Part shown: positions 9,831 through 20,432 of the stretch, one piece after another
How the letters are laid out: the number at the start of each line of letters is the position of its first letter
How positions within the stretch are numbered: position 1 is the stretch's first letter
Assembly (NCBI GenBank): GCA_036676395.1
Contig: JAKFCY010000003.1
Location: 1 to 64,000, forward strand
Length of the DNA: 64,000 bases
From: Bdellovibrio sp.
GTDB taxonomy: Bacteria; Bdellovibrionota; Bdellovibrionia; Bdellovibrionales; Bdellovibrionaceae
Direction: 5' to 3'
Made by a program: the position numbers and the translations under genes
The notes under the pieces: generated by a model
Database searches by the model: none
Seen by the model: only the letters and a program-made list of their open reading frames with translations
Told to the model about the DNA's origin: nothing

Positions 9831-10508
9831 ATGTCAGACATTACAGTACTAAAACAGATTACCGATGGTGCCTTTAAGCAAAAAGTTTTCCTGAAACTTT
9901 TAAATTCAGATGCTCTTATTTTGCTTAAAGATAAGTTCGATCGTCACTTACCCTTAAAGGTGACTCATTCAGCAAATGAAAAGTTTTACTGTAAAGGTGC
10001 CGTGAAACTTGATCTAGATTTTTCTTATTCAGAGACTTACACTGCCCATTTCACCGTTGATAACGAAAAGTATTTAATCGAAGCCGTTCCTAAAATGGAA
10101 GACGGCCAAGTCGTGTTAACTCTAAAACGTGTATTTCATTTACAGCTACGCAAAACTGTTCGTTATAAAGTGCCACACAATTCACAGATTAAATTATTAA
10201 TTGGTTCACACAACGAGCAAGGCTGCCTTATTAATTGCGAAGTTACAGATTTAAATTCATTAGGCTGCTCATTGATCATGAATTCTGCACAGACGGCTTT
10301 TCGGGCTGGTGATCTTATCGATGCAACTTTAATCAATGGCAACGAAGGTTCTTTGCAACTACAAGCTGTGATTAGAAATGTGCGCAAACATGGGCCCGAG
10401 CAATTTGCCATCGGTGTTGAGTTTCATCACATGTTATATTGCGGCGAAGAAAAGCTAACTTCGATGATTTCTGAGCTTCATCAAAAAGCGCATCTTAAAT
10501 CATCATAG
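9831..10508 (+). CDS. PilZ-domain (c-di-GMP receptor, YcgR-like) protein
   Basis: QLRKTVR (RxxxR) and DLNSLG (DxSxxG-like) motifs, plus a C-terminal AVIRN..IGVEF. Confidence 0.85.
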   Translation: MSDITVLKQITDGAFKQKVFLKLLNSDALILLKDKFDRHLPLKVTHSANEKFYCKGAVKLDLDFSYSETYTAHFTVDNEKYLIEAVPKMEDGQVVLTLKRVFHLQLRKTVRYKVPHNSQIKLLIGSHNEQGCLINCEVTDLNSLGCSLIMNSAQTAFRAGDLIDATLINGNEGSLQLQAVIRNVRKHGPEQFAIGVEFHHMLYCGEEKLTSMISELHQKAHLKSS

Positions 10509-13500
10509 ATTTTTCAGATACCATTTTTCCATCATCGATTTAATGACTTCAACCTTTACAGGTTTAGCCAGGTAATCATCCATGCCGGCATCAAGACAGC
10601 GCTGGCGATCTGATTCAAGAGCATAGGCTGTTAAAGCAATAATCGGCGGAGTTTTAATATTCTCTGAACGCAATTTGCGACAGGCATCAAAACCATCAAC
10701 CACAGGCATCTGGCAATCTAAAAAAGCTAAGTCGAATTTTTCTTGCTGAATCTTTTCAATAAATTTTTCGCCATTTTCAGTGATCGTCACTTCGCAGTTT
10801 AATCCTTCTAACATTTTTCGAATAATCATTTGATTCACCTGATTATCTTCAGCCACAAGAACTTTTAGTGGTCTGCCCCATTGCAAAGTAAGCTCTTCAT
10901 TGACCGTCGTGGATTTTGCAGTTTGCTCGATGTCACGTTTTAAGGTGACTTCAAACCAAAACGTTGAACCTTTATCTTTTTCACTATGCAGTCCAATTTC
11001 GCCGCCCATGAGCTCGACAAGCTTAGAACAAATTGATAACCCTAAACCGGTACCTGCCGCTTTTTTCTTAGACGAGCCATCTAATTGAGAAAAATTTTGA
11101 AAAAGCTTTTGAAAATCATCTTCAGCAATTCCACAACCAGTATCAACAATTTCTAGGCGATACTTAATATGTTCGGCGTTAATTTGATTCGCCACACGCA
11201 CAAGCACCGAGCCTTGATCGGTGAATTTAATCGCATTAGTAATTAAATTAGCTAAAATTTGGCGAATACGTAAAGCATCGCCATTTACTTTAATGTTGTC
11301 TAATTTTGTAATATCGTGCTGAAGCAAAATATTCTTTTTATCAGCAGCCACGCGGTATAAATCACAGCATTGCAGAACAAGATCTGAAACCAACATGGTT
11401 TCATTTTGTAAAGTCTGGCGACCCGCTTCGATTTTTGTTAAATCTAAAATATCGTTCACGATGCGAAGTAGATTTTCAGACGAACTTTCTAAAGCTTCTA
11501 AGAAGGTGGTCTGATCTTTTGTCAGTGGCGTGCTTTTAAGTAATGAAATTGTGCCCATCACACCGTTTAATGGCGTTCTAATTTCATGCGACATATTGGC
11601 TAAAAATTCTGATTTGGCTTTTGAAGCCAGACTTGCCTGACGTTCGGCTTCGATTAATTCCATATTCTTTTGTTCAGTCAGATTAATCGCATTTTTAATA
11701 CGCAAAGCCAAATCCTGATTTAATAATTGAATCTGCGTGTGCTGTTGGCGCTGCTCGATCGCCGAAGTCACTAATCTAACCAGTGTTTCAATCTGGCCGG
11801 CTTCTTCGATAAATTCGGCATACGATAACTCATCAGAGCAAATTATATAAATAAAGCCATAAGTATTGGCCTGGCGGCGCACCGGTAAAATCACAATTGT
11901 TTCTTGCTCGCGCTGTTTGGCCCAAACCGCTTCACGCAAATTCAGACTCTCCTCAAAACAAGTCGTTAATGATTTATAACTTTGCCCTGAAGTTTCCAGC
12001 ACCGGCAAAAAATCATGCGAAGTATTATTTGAAAAATACTCAACCACGCCGACACTTCGGCGCAATGAAGATAAATGCGATGTAAAATGATAAAGTTTTT
12101 CTAAACCATCACGAGGAGTTTTAATGTTTGAAATTTCATTTAAAAAATAGCCCACTGACTTTTCGTTATGGCTGCGGTTCACATCAGGCAAAACAAAATT
12201 ATCAGCATCGGTAATTTTATCAATTTCAAAAGCCATCTTACGTTGAACATGATCCGGTAAATCCTTACCCCAGACTTTCCATAACTCGTAAGAATTAATA
12301 ACTTCCCATTGCGCTTTCTGTTGCACGGCGAAGTCCAGACTTTTTTGTAATATCGTCATCGCTTTTTTTCTTTGGCCAAGATAATACAGGCGATAAGCTT
12401 CTTCGCGCAGCGCATGCGGTAAATTATTTTTATAAAAGCGGGCTTTAAATAAACTTTGGCGGGTGTGCTTTTTTAATAATTTAAAGTTTTTTACGGTTTC
12501 TAACGGAGTTAAAAATGTCTGTTGAATTTTTAAACGCAAGATCGTCGCAGACCATGGCCATAACGGAGTCACATACTCTTGGCGAAGACCCTGGCTGCTT
12601 ACGATATTTTTGGCATTTTCAATCGCCAGAAGTGCATCATCAAACTTTTTATGATTTGCTAAGTAGGTGGCCTTTGCGATGGATAGTTCGGCTAGGGCGT
12701 GCGCATCAGTTAGCTGCAAACGTTCGATCTTTTCGATCTCATGAATATCAACTGATTGCCCGTTAGATGCTTTACCAATGATTCCAAGACAAATCGCAGC
12801 GCTTTGATTGTCGTTTAAACTTTTTCCGCTGTTAAATATTTTTTGGCTTTGTGTGATAGCTTCTTTTAAACGCCCTTGGCGGTACAACGAAATAGCCACA
12901 TGCCAGCCAGCCGTGTTGGCCTCCCACATATCACCTTCTTTAACTAAGGTGTCATAGGCTTCTGAACAAACTTGTTCAGCTTCCTGATAACGCGAAGATC
13001 CGTATAAGCTGGTTCCTAAAAATCCTTTAGATTGGCCCACGCCCCAACGACTGTTTAAACTTTCACGAATTTTCATCGATTGGTAAGCATAATTAATTCC
13101 GCGCTCAAACCATGGAATCATCGTCATGACCGGCGCGTGTTCTGAATAAGCCTGGGCTTTTTCTAATGAATCAGAAAAATGTTCGACCGCGTTTAATTCT
13201 TTAATGTGAGCCCAGCCGCAATAGATAGCGCCTTTACCGAACCAATAACAATAAGCCAAACGACTGAGCAACCTTGCCGTTAAAGCATCTTTTCCGGTAA
13301 TCGCCGGGCGTACACCGGCTTTTAAAAACAAGGTGTGCCAGGTTTGAATCAAAATCTCTTTAAGCAAAAACACACAGGTCACAACTTTATTTTTTGGCAC
13401 TGGCACCTGTAAAATGCTTAAGGCTTTTTCAGTCAGGGCTGTCGCCGTTGCGATATTACCCTGTTTAAATTCAATTTCACCCAGTTTACCGGTGTATTCA

Positions 13501-14924
13501 GAGCGAAGTATTTTAATTTCACAGCATTCAATAGCTTCGTTAAAAACATGTGACGATCGTTCATATTTGCCAATTAATAAATACGCTTCGCCTAAGCGCG
13601 CCAGTACATTAGCGCGACGCTGATTATTTGATATAACAAACGATAGCGCGATTTGAAAATTCTGAATAGCCAGATCGTAGCTGGCACTGCCAAACGCCTC
13701 TTCACCCGCCTGTAACGAGTATTTAATGGCTTTTTCAGAATCATTGGCCTGCGCACAGTGATAAGCTAATTTAAATAAATCAGGCTTGCTTTGTTTTTCT
13801 AAAAAGCTGGCAATTAAACTATGATACTTTTGTGCACTCGATGAACTTAATTGCGCAATTAGGGCTTCACGAATTTTATCATGGTTAAAACGAATCTCAG
13901 GTAAATGTGGCCCCGTGATATCAACTAAAATACGTAAATCTTTACTGGTTAATTCAGCAAAGGCTTCCTCGAGCGAAACCCCCGCAATGATCGCCAAATC
14001 GCTGATCGCTGCAGACTTACCAAACACCGCTAAATGTAATAACAAAAGCTGTTGCGTTTTGTTTAATGCAAAAAAATGGCGACTGATTGTTGCTGCCAGT
14101 GATGCCGTGGGTTGTGCCAGGTCCTTATTTTGCGCACTCATATCACTGGCTAAAAAATGAATCGCAAAGGGATTACCCGCAGTCAGACTTATAATGCTTT
14201 CAATTTGATGGGGACTTGTGACTAAATTAAATTTTTGCAAATACTCAGAGGTCTCTGCTGTGGTGAACGGGCGAATTTCGATATGGTCATTTAATAATTC
14301 TTTTTTTAAATATGACAATTGTTCGCTGTTTTCTTTACGGCAACACACGATCACACCAAAATGACTTGAGATATTTTTTTCTGATTCTAACCACATCTTT
14401 AAAGTTTGTTTTGATAATTCATCGGCCCACTGAAAATCATCTAAGATCAAAAGCACCGGACGATTTTCATTAGCAATCATTGAAAATATTTTTGCCAGAC
14501 AAGTGGCAATACGATTTAACGCAAAAAAGTTTAATCCGCCGTCGGTGCTGTCTTGCGAAGTTTCAGCATCAGCACGCAGCAATGAGATTCCGGGAAAGAT
14601 GCGCGTAATGTCTTCGAAATAATATTGAATATGTTCACGCAGAGGTTTTGACCATTGATCTGAATTTAAAAGATATTTTGATAGCCCAGTTAAAATGTAG
14701 CCCGGAGTCATTGCCGACATCTGCACGCCCTGACCCGTGATCACTTCGATTTGACTTTGAGCGATTTCAGCAAGGCTTTTTTGTAAGAATAAAGTTTTAC
14801 CCCCGCCTGATGGAGCTTCAATAACTAATACACCACTGCCACCAGAAGCAATTTCTGAAATAAAACTTTCAAGCCTACGAGTTTCTGACTCGCGGCCGAC
14901 AAACCGATTCAATGGTTTAAACAT
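10503..14924 (-). CDS. Hybrid sensor kinase: AAA/STAND-type ATPase + TPR + HisKA + HATPase + receiver
   Basis: FVGRE..L, Walker A APSGGGKT, LILDDFQWAD, TPR region, FLANMSHEIRTPL, NAIKFT, DTGCG, GTGLGL, and a REC domain with DCQMP. Confidence 0.9.
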   Translation of the reverse strand: MFKPLNRFVGRESETRRLESFISEIASGGSGVLVIEAPSGGGKTLFLQKSLAEIAQSQIEVITGQGVQMSAMTPGYILTGLSKYLLNSDQWSKPLREHIQYYFEDITRIFPGISLLRADAETSQDSTDGGLNFFALNRIATCLAKIFSMIANENRPVLLILDDFQWADELSKQTLKMWLESEKNISSHFGVIVCCRKENSEQLSYLKKELLNDHIEIRPFTTAETSEYLQKFNLVTSPHQIESIISLTAGNPFAIHFLASDMSAQNKDLAQPTASLAATISRHFFALNKTQQLLLLHLAVFGKSAAISDLAIIAGVSLEEAFAELTSKDLRILVDITGPHLPEIRFNHDKIREALIAQLSSSSAQKYHSLIASFLEKQSKPDLFKLAYHCAQANDSEKAIKYSLQAGEEAFGSASYDLAIQNFQIALSFVISNNQRRANVLARLGEAYLLIGKYERSSHVFNEAIECCEIKILRSEYTGKLGEIEFKQGNIATATALTEKALSILQVPVPKNKVVTCVFLLKEILIQTWHTLFLKAGVRPAITGKDALTARLLSRLAYCYWFGKGAIYCGWAHIKELNAVEHFSDSLEKAQAYSEHAPVMTMIPWFERGINYAYQSMKIRESLNSRWGVGQSKGFLGTSLYGSSRYQEAEQVCSEAYDTLVKEGDMWEANTAGWHVAISLYRQGRLKEAITQSQKIFNSGKSLNDNQSAAICLGIIGKASNGQSVDIHEIEKIERLQLTDAHALAELSIAKATYLANHKKFDDALLAIENAKNIVSSQGLRQEYVTPLWPWSATILRLKIQQTFLTPLETVKNFKLLKKHTRQSLFKARFYKNNLPHALREEAYRLYYLGQRKKAMTILQKSLDFAVQQKAQWEVINSYELWKVWGKDLPDHVQRKMAFEIDKITDADNFVLPDVNRSHNEKSVGYFLNEISNIKTPRDGLEKLYHFTSHLSSLRRSVGVVEYFSNNTSHDFLPVLETSGQSYKSLTTCFEESLNLREAVWAKQREQETIVILPVRRQANTYGFIYIICSDELSYAEFIEEAGQIETLVRLVTSAIEQRQQHTQIQLLNQDLALRIKNAINLTEQKNMELIEAERQASLASKAKSEFLANMSHEIRTPLNGVMGTISLLKSTPLTKDQTTFLEALESSSENLLRIVNDILDLTKIEAGRQTLQNETMLVSDLVLQCCDLYRVAADKKNILLQHDITKLDNIKVNGDALRIRQILANLITNAIKFTDQGSVLVRVANQINAEHIKYRLEIVDTGCGIAEDDFQKLFQNFSQLDGSSKKKAAGTGLGLSICSKLVELMGGEIGLHSEKDKGSTFWFEVTLKRDIEQTAKSTTVNEELTLQWGRPLKVLVAEDNQVNQMIIRKMLEGLNCEVTITENGEKFIEKIQQEKFDLAFLDCQMPVVDGFDACRKLRSENIKTPPIIALTAYALESDRQRCLDAGMDDYLAKPVKVEVIKSMMEKWYLKNL

Positions 14925-14986
14925 AAGATAATTATAGAGAAGTTTACTGTAGAAAATAAGAGGGGCAGAGCTGATGTGTAGAAAAC

Positions 14987-15017
14987 TACAAAGCCCCTTT
15001 TAGACAGGGGCTTTGTA
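14987..15017 (-). terminator. Intrinsic terminator after the M12-like peptidase gene
   Basis: 12-bp inverted repeat tacaaagcccct / aggggctttgta, followed by a T-rich tract on the minus strand. Confidence 0.75.
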
Positions 15018-15038
15018 TTGAATTTAGCGTAATTTTAA

Positions 15039-16433
15039 CTACTCACTGGCTATTGGCGGTGTGTCGCCATCTGTACACGGCTCGCTAGGAACTGTCGGGT
15101 CTGAATTGGTCGGATTCTCAGACTGACCAACCGAGACCGAAAACGCTGCGACTTTAGCCGCACTTGCATTTAGAATCTTTGCACTGTTGTTCGAAGTTGT
15201 ACCGGTTGCATAACTATTATAGTCAAAGCCTGGGTTCGAAAAACGAGGTATCCGGGTGTAAGTTCCGTAAGCCATAACGGTTCTGAATTTACCCGAAGAG
15301 TTTTCATAACCATCACTATGATTTAAGCCCATGTTATGACCCAACTCATGTGTAAATGAAAATTGTTTAAACGCTGTCGTTTTCGTGATCGAAAAACCGG
15401 TGCTGAACGAAGACCCAACATAACCAATACCTGCAGTTGATGAATTATAATAAGCCACCACTGAAACTAAATCGGCGCCGACTCTTTTGCGTTCGGCATG
15501 AACCGCATCCCATTTACCATCACTTGTGCCTTTTAAAGCCGATAGATCAGATGAGAATGTGCTTTCAGTTTGAGTTAAAGCCATAATTCCCACTAACCGA
15601 ATGGCTAAATTCGCACCACTGTTTTGATACGCTTTATTTGAATCAGCAATACCCATTTGAATTAAAGCTTTCATCGCATCCACGCCACCCACGTTTTTTA
15701 AAGCATTCGGCGCATAGGCGACCAAGACATCAACCGTCGGAACCGCATCCATTGCCGTAACATCTTGTGCGGCCGCTTCAGTTTCCAGTGGTTGCGCAAA
15801 ATTCAGCGCGTTTTCGCCTTCTTCAGTTAGACAGTCTTCGCTGTGATCATGAATACTTTTAACTGTATGTGTACCGTCACCGGCAAAACGAATCTCGTAA
15901 GATTCTTGCGTTCCATTTTCGCTAATATTGGCCGTTAACACATTATTGTTAATAACTAAAGTTACATTACTTAAGTCATCGTTATCAATTCGACCCGTAG
16001 CCACGATGTTGTTCTCAGAATATTTCTTAACATCTTGTAATACGACGTTCACTGATTTGTTATTCAGGAGGGGCAGATGAAAATTATTACTACTTCTATT
16101 TAATAGACGTTGTCTTAATTGACCGACGTTAATACGAACTTGTCGTGTTTGCGTTTCATCTTGGTCGTTGTTATTTGTGTTTTCAGGCTGGCTGCGCAGA
16201 GCAAGGTGAGTGACATCTTCAAAAAGATCATCGTTATTTTGAATATTATCTGTATCCATTGCAGCGGCCATAGTTCTGGCTTCGCAGCTATTTGCCCCGT
16301 TCGCTGTCGAAGCAGCGTAAGGCTTGTCAGAAGAGGACGAAAGTAAACAGGATTGTAATACGCTCGTCAGAGTTAATGTTAATACCACGTTTCGTAAATT
16401 GTTTTTTGTTACTCTTGTGTTTTTCATGTGCAA
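15039..16433 (-). CDS. Zinc metallopeptidase, M12B/reprolysin-like, probable lipoprotein with prodomain
   Basis: HELGHNMGLNH (HExxHxxGxxH), Met-turn TVMAY, lipobox-like LQSC. Confidence 0.85.
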   Translation of the reverse strand: MHMKNTRVTKNNLRNVVLTLTLTSVLQSCLLSSSSDKPYAASTANGANSCEARTMAAAMDTDNIQNNDDLFEDVTHLALRSQPENTNNNDQDETQTRQVRINVGQLRQRLLNRSSNNFHLPLLNNKSVNVVLQDVKKYSENNIVATGRIDNDDLSNVTLVINNNVLTANISENGTQESYEIRFAGDGTHTVKSIHDHSEDCLTEEGENALNFAQPLETEAAAQDVTAMDAVPTVDVLVAYAPNALKNVGGVDAMKALIQMGIADSNKAYQNSGANLAIRLVGIMALTQTESTFSSDLSALKGTSDGKWDAVHAERKRVGADLVSVVAYYNSSTAGIGYVGSSFSTGFSITKTTAFKQFSFTHELGHNMGLNHSDGYENSSGKFRTVMAYGTYTRIPRFSNPGFDYNSYATGTTSNNSAKILNASAAKVAAFSVSVGQSENPTNSDPTVPSEPCTDGDTPPIASE

Positions 16434-16878
16434 TTAGTGTTACGGGCGTTTTGCGAAATCACCAAGTCTTCGAGGAAAAACTAACCGAAGGTCTTTGCGC
16501 ACATTGTTTTTTTAAATTGATAGAAGTGTAATTTAGCGAATTTAATTTCAGTGATCTCAAATATTTGATACAATAGTTTTTATAAAATTCGTGCTTGTTT
16601 GTTTGAAAAACATTTGCGAAGTCGCAACACCTTCACGCCATTTTCGTTGTTAAAATCTTCACAATATTTCTTAACACCCGTTATATTTAAGTTAAGAACT
16701 CTATAAAAACCGCTACTGACCTGAAAAATAGGGAAAATTGCCCGTGTACAAAGTGCACAAACCCTATAAAAGAATTTTTATTTAGTACTTTTCGCTAGAC
16801 GCTTTCTTTGAATTAAGGCATAAATCATTAAATAAATTATTATTTGAAGCACATCTGCACTTAAGGGGTAAAGCACTG

Positions 16879-18888
16879 ATGATTATTCAAAAACCATATA
16901 ACAAGAGTTTTTTTAATGTAACCCAGCTTGTACCGGTTACTGCTAAAACTCACACAACTGCTGAGCACGAGGGAATCTTTAACGAGATGCCCTTGCCAGC
17001 GTGTATGGTAGATTTAAAGAATAAAATTATCACAAAAATAAATCCAGCCTTTGAAAAGTTTCTGAATAACCGCGATCTAAAATTAAATGAGTTAGATCTG
17101 GCTGTAGATCGTTTAGCTGAAGGCAATTGGCTCGCCAGCGAAGAATACACCGTAAAATCACCTAAGGGTGATTTTATCACTTATCTGTTAACATCGGGCG
17201 AACCCATTCGTACCGGTGCTACCGAAATAAATATCCTTTATTTAAACGATGTGACGTTTTTAAAAAAAATGGAAGTTGATCTTCAGCACAGCGAAGCCCG
17301 CTTTGCCAATTCACTCTTAACTGCCCACATTGGTTTATGGGATGCAGATCCTGTATCTGGTTTAACTTATATTTGCCCTCGTATGGCCAAAGACTGGGGC
17401 TTTGATCACTCACAAAACCCGGTTCAATCAACAGCCATCGTGCAAGCCATTCACCCTCAAGACCGCCCGCTAGTTTGGGCTTCAGTCGAAAAAGCCATGT
17501 TAGAAGGGCTTCCCTATCATGCTGAATACCGTGTGGTACGCCCTGATGGCTCTATTATTTGGATCGAAGCCCGCGGTGAATACATCAAAGATATCAATGG
17601 CTATCCTTTTCGCTTTTCAGGAACATCAATGAATATTACCGAGACCGTAGAAACAAAATTAAAATTAATGCAAGAACTCGAAGAACAAAAAGAGATCGTT
17701 GCAAATTTAAAACAAATTCAACAAACAGCAGACTGCGCTCATAAAAACAAAAATGTTTTCTTAGCAAATGTCAGTCACGAAATCAGAACACCCTTAACCG
17801 CCATTTTAGGTTTTGCTGATTTACTTAAAGATGGGCCGATCTCAGAAATTGAAAAAACTCAATTTATTGAAACCATTAGCCGCAATGGCAATACCCTGAT
17901 TAAAATTATCGACGACTTATTAGATCTATCAAAAGTAGAAGCTAATTGTCTTGAACTAGAAAAAATTGAAATGCCCATTCAACCGCTACTACATAGCGTC
18001 GTTCAACAATTTAAAGATAAAGCGCGCAGTAAAAATCTTTATATCTTATTAGATATTCAAAATGAACTGCCGCATGCCATTTTGTCTGACAGTGTGCGCA
18101 TCCAACAGGTTTTATCCAATTTATTAAGTAACGCCGTAAAATTCACCGATCAAGGTGGCGTTATCGTGCAAGTTAAGTCGATCATAAAAAAACAATCAAA
18201 GACCGAAATTCAAATTCGTGTCACCGATACCGGAATTGGCTTAACCGAAGAGCAAAAAGTTCGTCTATTTCAGCCCTATGCCCAGGCTGAAACCAGCACC
18301 ACCAGAAAATTTGGCGGTACGGGTTTAGGTTTAGCCTTATCAAAACATTTGGCTCAGGCGCTGGATGGTGATCTAATTATTGAACGCTATGAAAAAGATG
18401 CGGGCTGTACGTTTACTTTTACTCTGACAGCAGAAATTCCAACCGTTGCAAGAATCACCGCTTGTGACGTAACAAAGGCTTTACAACAGATGAATTTTGC
18501 ACCCTTAGCAGGATTTAAAATTTTATTAGCTGAAGACTCGTTAGATAATCAGTATTACGTTGAAAAATTCTTATCAAAAAATGGGGCTATTGTAACGGTG
18601 GCCGACAATGGTAATGAAGCTATTGAAAAATGCACCAAAGAACAATATGACGTTATTCTTATGGATATCGAAATGCCGGTCATGGATGGCTATGAAGCCA
18701 CTCGCAAACTTCGCCAATTAGGTTACAAGATGCCAATATTAGCGCTTACAGCCCATGCTATGGCCGAAGAGCGCGGTAAAACGCGTGAAGCTGGCTGCGA
18801 TGGCCACTTAACAAAACCTATTGATACACACCAGCTCTTATCTGCCTTAGAAAGCGTTTTAAAGACTTCTCTCAAAAAGAAACACTAA
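16879..18888 (+). CDS. PAS-domain hybrid histidine kinase/response regulator
   Basis: IHPQDR..EYRVVRPDGSIIWIEARG (PAS_3), LANVSHEIRTPL, NAVKFT, GGTGLGL, and a REC domain with DIEMP. Confidence 0.9.
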   Translation: MIIQKPYNKSFFNVTQLVPVTAKTHTTAEHEGIFNEMPLPACMVDLKNKIITKINPAFEKFLNNRDLKLNELDLAVDRLAEGNWLASEEYTVKSPKGDFITYLLTSGEPIRTGATEINILYLNDVTFLKKMEVDLQHSEARFANSLLTAHIGLWDADPVSGLTYICPRMAKDWGFDHSQNPVQSTAIVQAIHPQDRPLVWASVEKAMLEGLPYHAEYRVVRPDGSIIWIEARGEYIKDINGYPFRFSGTSMNITETVETKLKLMQELEEQKEIVANLKQIQQTADCAHKNKNVFLANVSHEIRTPLTAILGFADLLKDGPISEIEKTQFIETISRNGNTLIKIIDDLLDLSKVEANCLELEKIEMPIQPLLHSVVQQFKDKARSKNLYILLDIQNELPHAILSDSVRIQQVLSNLLSNAVKFTDQGGVIVQVKSIIKKQSKTEIQIRVTDTGIGLTEEQKVRLFQPYAQAETSTTRKFGGTGLGLALSKHLAQALDGDLIIERYEKDAGCTFTFTLTAEIPTVARITACDVTKALQQMNFAPLAGFKILLAEDSLDNQYYVEKFLSKNGAIVTVADNGNEAIEKCTKEQYDVILMDIEMPVMDGYEATRKLRQLGYKMPILALTAHAMAEERGKTREAGCDGHLTKPIDTHQLLSALESVLKTSLKKKH

Positions 18889-19049
18889 TGTTAACCTTTT
18901 AACAGATTTTTTATTTGTAAATACAAAATTATTTGTATCATTTCGATCCTGCATATTTTTTAACACAGTCATATTTGTTATTCTTGATCTCGGCGCTATT
19001 TAAAAAGCAGCGCTATCAACAATAACAACTAACGTGATTTGGGGTGCGA

Positions 19050-19697
19050 ATGACCGCTGTTAAAAAAATGTTTCAAGACGAAATGAATGCTGTTCAAAAA
19101 ATGATTGTTGAAATGGACTGGAAAGACCCAGAGTTTTACGCCGAATGGCTGGCTCAGACTTACTTCTTTGTCTGTCACTCAACACGCATCATCGCCACAG
19201 CAGGGGTGAAGTTTCCGATAGAAAAAAATGCACTTCATAACCGGTTTTTACAGCATGCAACCGAAGAAAAAAATCATGAAATCATCGCTATCAAAGATTT
19301 GAAACATTTAGGCCGTGATATTAAAGAGTTCTCGCCGCTTCCGGCAACACAGGCTTTTTATCAGTCACAATACTATTGGATCGATCAAGTTGATCCCGCC
19401 TCGGTGTATGGATATTTTTTAGTGTTAGAATGCCTGGCTATTCAATGCGGGCCGGTGTTAATGCAAAAATTAAAACCGCATCATCCTGAAAAAAGTTTAA
19501 CCTTCTTACGTATTCACGTTGAAGAAGATGAAGACCATATCAATGAACATAACGAAGTTTTAGATACTTTTAATCAAAAAGAAACTGAACACATCATCGA
19601 AAATTTAAAAGTCAGTGCCTATATGTATATACAAATTCTAAAAAGTGTTGAAGAAAAAGTTAGATCTAAGCGTTCATTCAACAAGAAATCTGCCTAA
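19050..19697 (+). CDS. Heme-oxygenase-like diiron enzyme (iron-containing redox enzyme family)
   Basis: Helical protein with HATEEKNHE, YFLVLE and FLRIHVEEDEDH metal-ligand motifs typical of the HO-like/PqqC/CADD superfamily. Confidence 0.75.
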   Translation: MTAVKKMFQDEMNAVQKMIVEMDWKDPEFYAEWLAQTYFFVCHSTRIIATAGVKFPIEKNALHNRFLQHATEEKNHEIIAIKDLKHLGRDIKEFSPLPATQAFYQSQYYWIDQVDPASVYGYFLVLECLAIQCGPVLMQKLKPHHPEKSLTFLRIHVEEDEDHINEHNEVLDTFNQKETEHIIENLKVSAYMYIQILKSVEEKVRSKRSFNKKSA

Positions 19698-19709
19698 TTG
19701 GGTGCTTCG

Positions 19710-20432
19710 ATGAAAACAAATAGTTTATCTAATATTGATTTTACGTATCATGTGTTTTCACCCAAAGCCTGGCGAGAAAAAAATCAGCCCGAACAAATGC
19801 AACAGGCCTTTGAAACGTGGCTAAAAGTTTGGACCGACACCTATAAAGGAAGGGATTTCGAAGTTAAAGCTGAAGAATTTATTCGCCACGATTTAATTTG
19901 CGCCGTGATGGCAAATGGTGAAGCGGCTGCGGTTCACTGTTACAGTTTTTTTGATATCGACTCTAAACCCGATGTCAGCACTAAATATTTTCAGTTTTTT
20001 TCGCCAGAGTTTGTGAACAAGATGAAAGCTAAAAATATTCACACCGTCATGTCGATGGAATACTTAACCGTGAATGAAAAATTTCGCTCTAGTATTATCG
20101 GCTTTTCGCTTGGGCGTGCGCTGATCCAACTGGGTGTGCGTTTATTCGAAAATTCACCAGGGCATGCGATCGTGGCCCCGGCCAGAAAAGACGTCAAAGT
20201 TCATGAAATGGCTTATGACTGCGGTTTTACGTGCATTGAAGCGGATGTGATTCAGCGCGGATTTGCCTGTGACATGATTGCTTATTTTAAAGGTGACCAC
20301 AAAAATGTATCCGACCCATTTTTGAGCCGGATATGCGATCGTCTGTGGGATAATCGGGTGATTTCTGAATCCATCGCTGAGCATGTTACTGATAACGTGC
20401 CGGCCGCGATTCCTATTCGAAAAGTGGTCTAA
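19710..20432 (+). CDS. GNAT-fold protein (LuxI/FeeM-like acyltransferase candidate)
   Basis: MEYLTVNEKFR..GFSLGRALI resembles GNAT motif A and ..MAYDCGF resembles motif B. Starts 12 bp after the diiron enzyme gene. Confidence 0.5.
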   Translation: MKTNSLSNIDFTYHVFSPKAWREKNQPEQMQQAFETWLKVWTDTYKGRDFEVKAEEFIRHDLICAVMANGEAAAVHCYSFFDIDSKPDVSTKYFQFFSPEFVNKMKAKNIHTVMSMEYLTVNEKFRSSIIGFSLGRALIQLGVRLFENSPGHAIVAPARKDVKVHEMAYDCGFTCIEADVIQRGFACDMIAYFKGDHKNVSDPFLSRICDRLWDNRVISESIAEHVTDNVPAAIPIRKVV

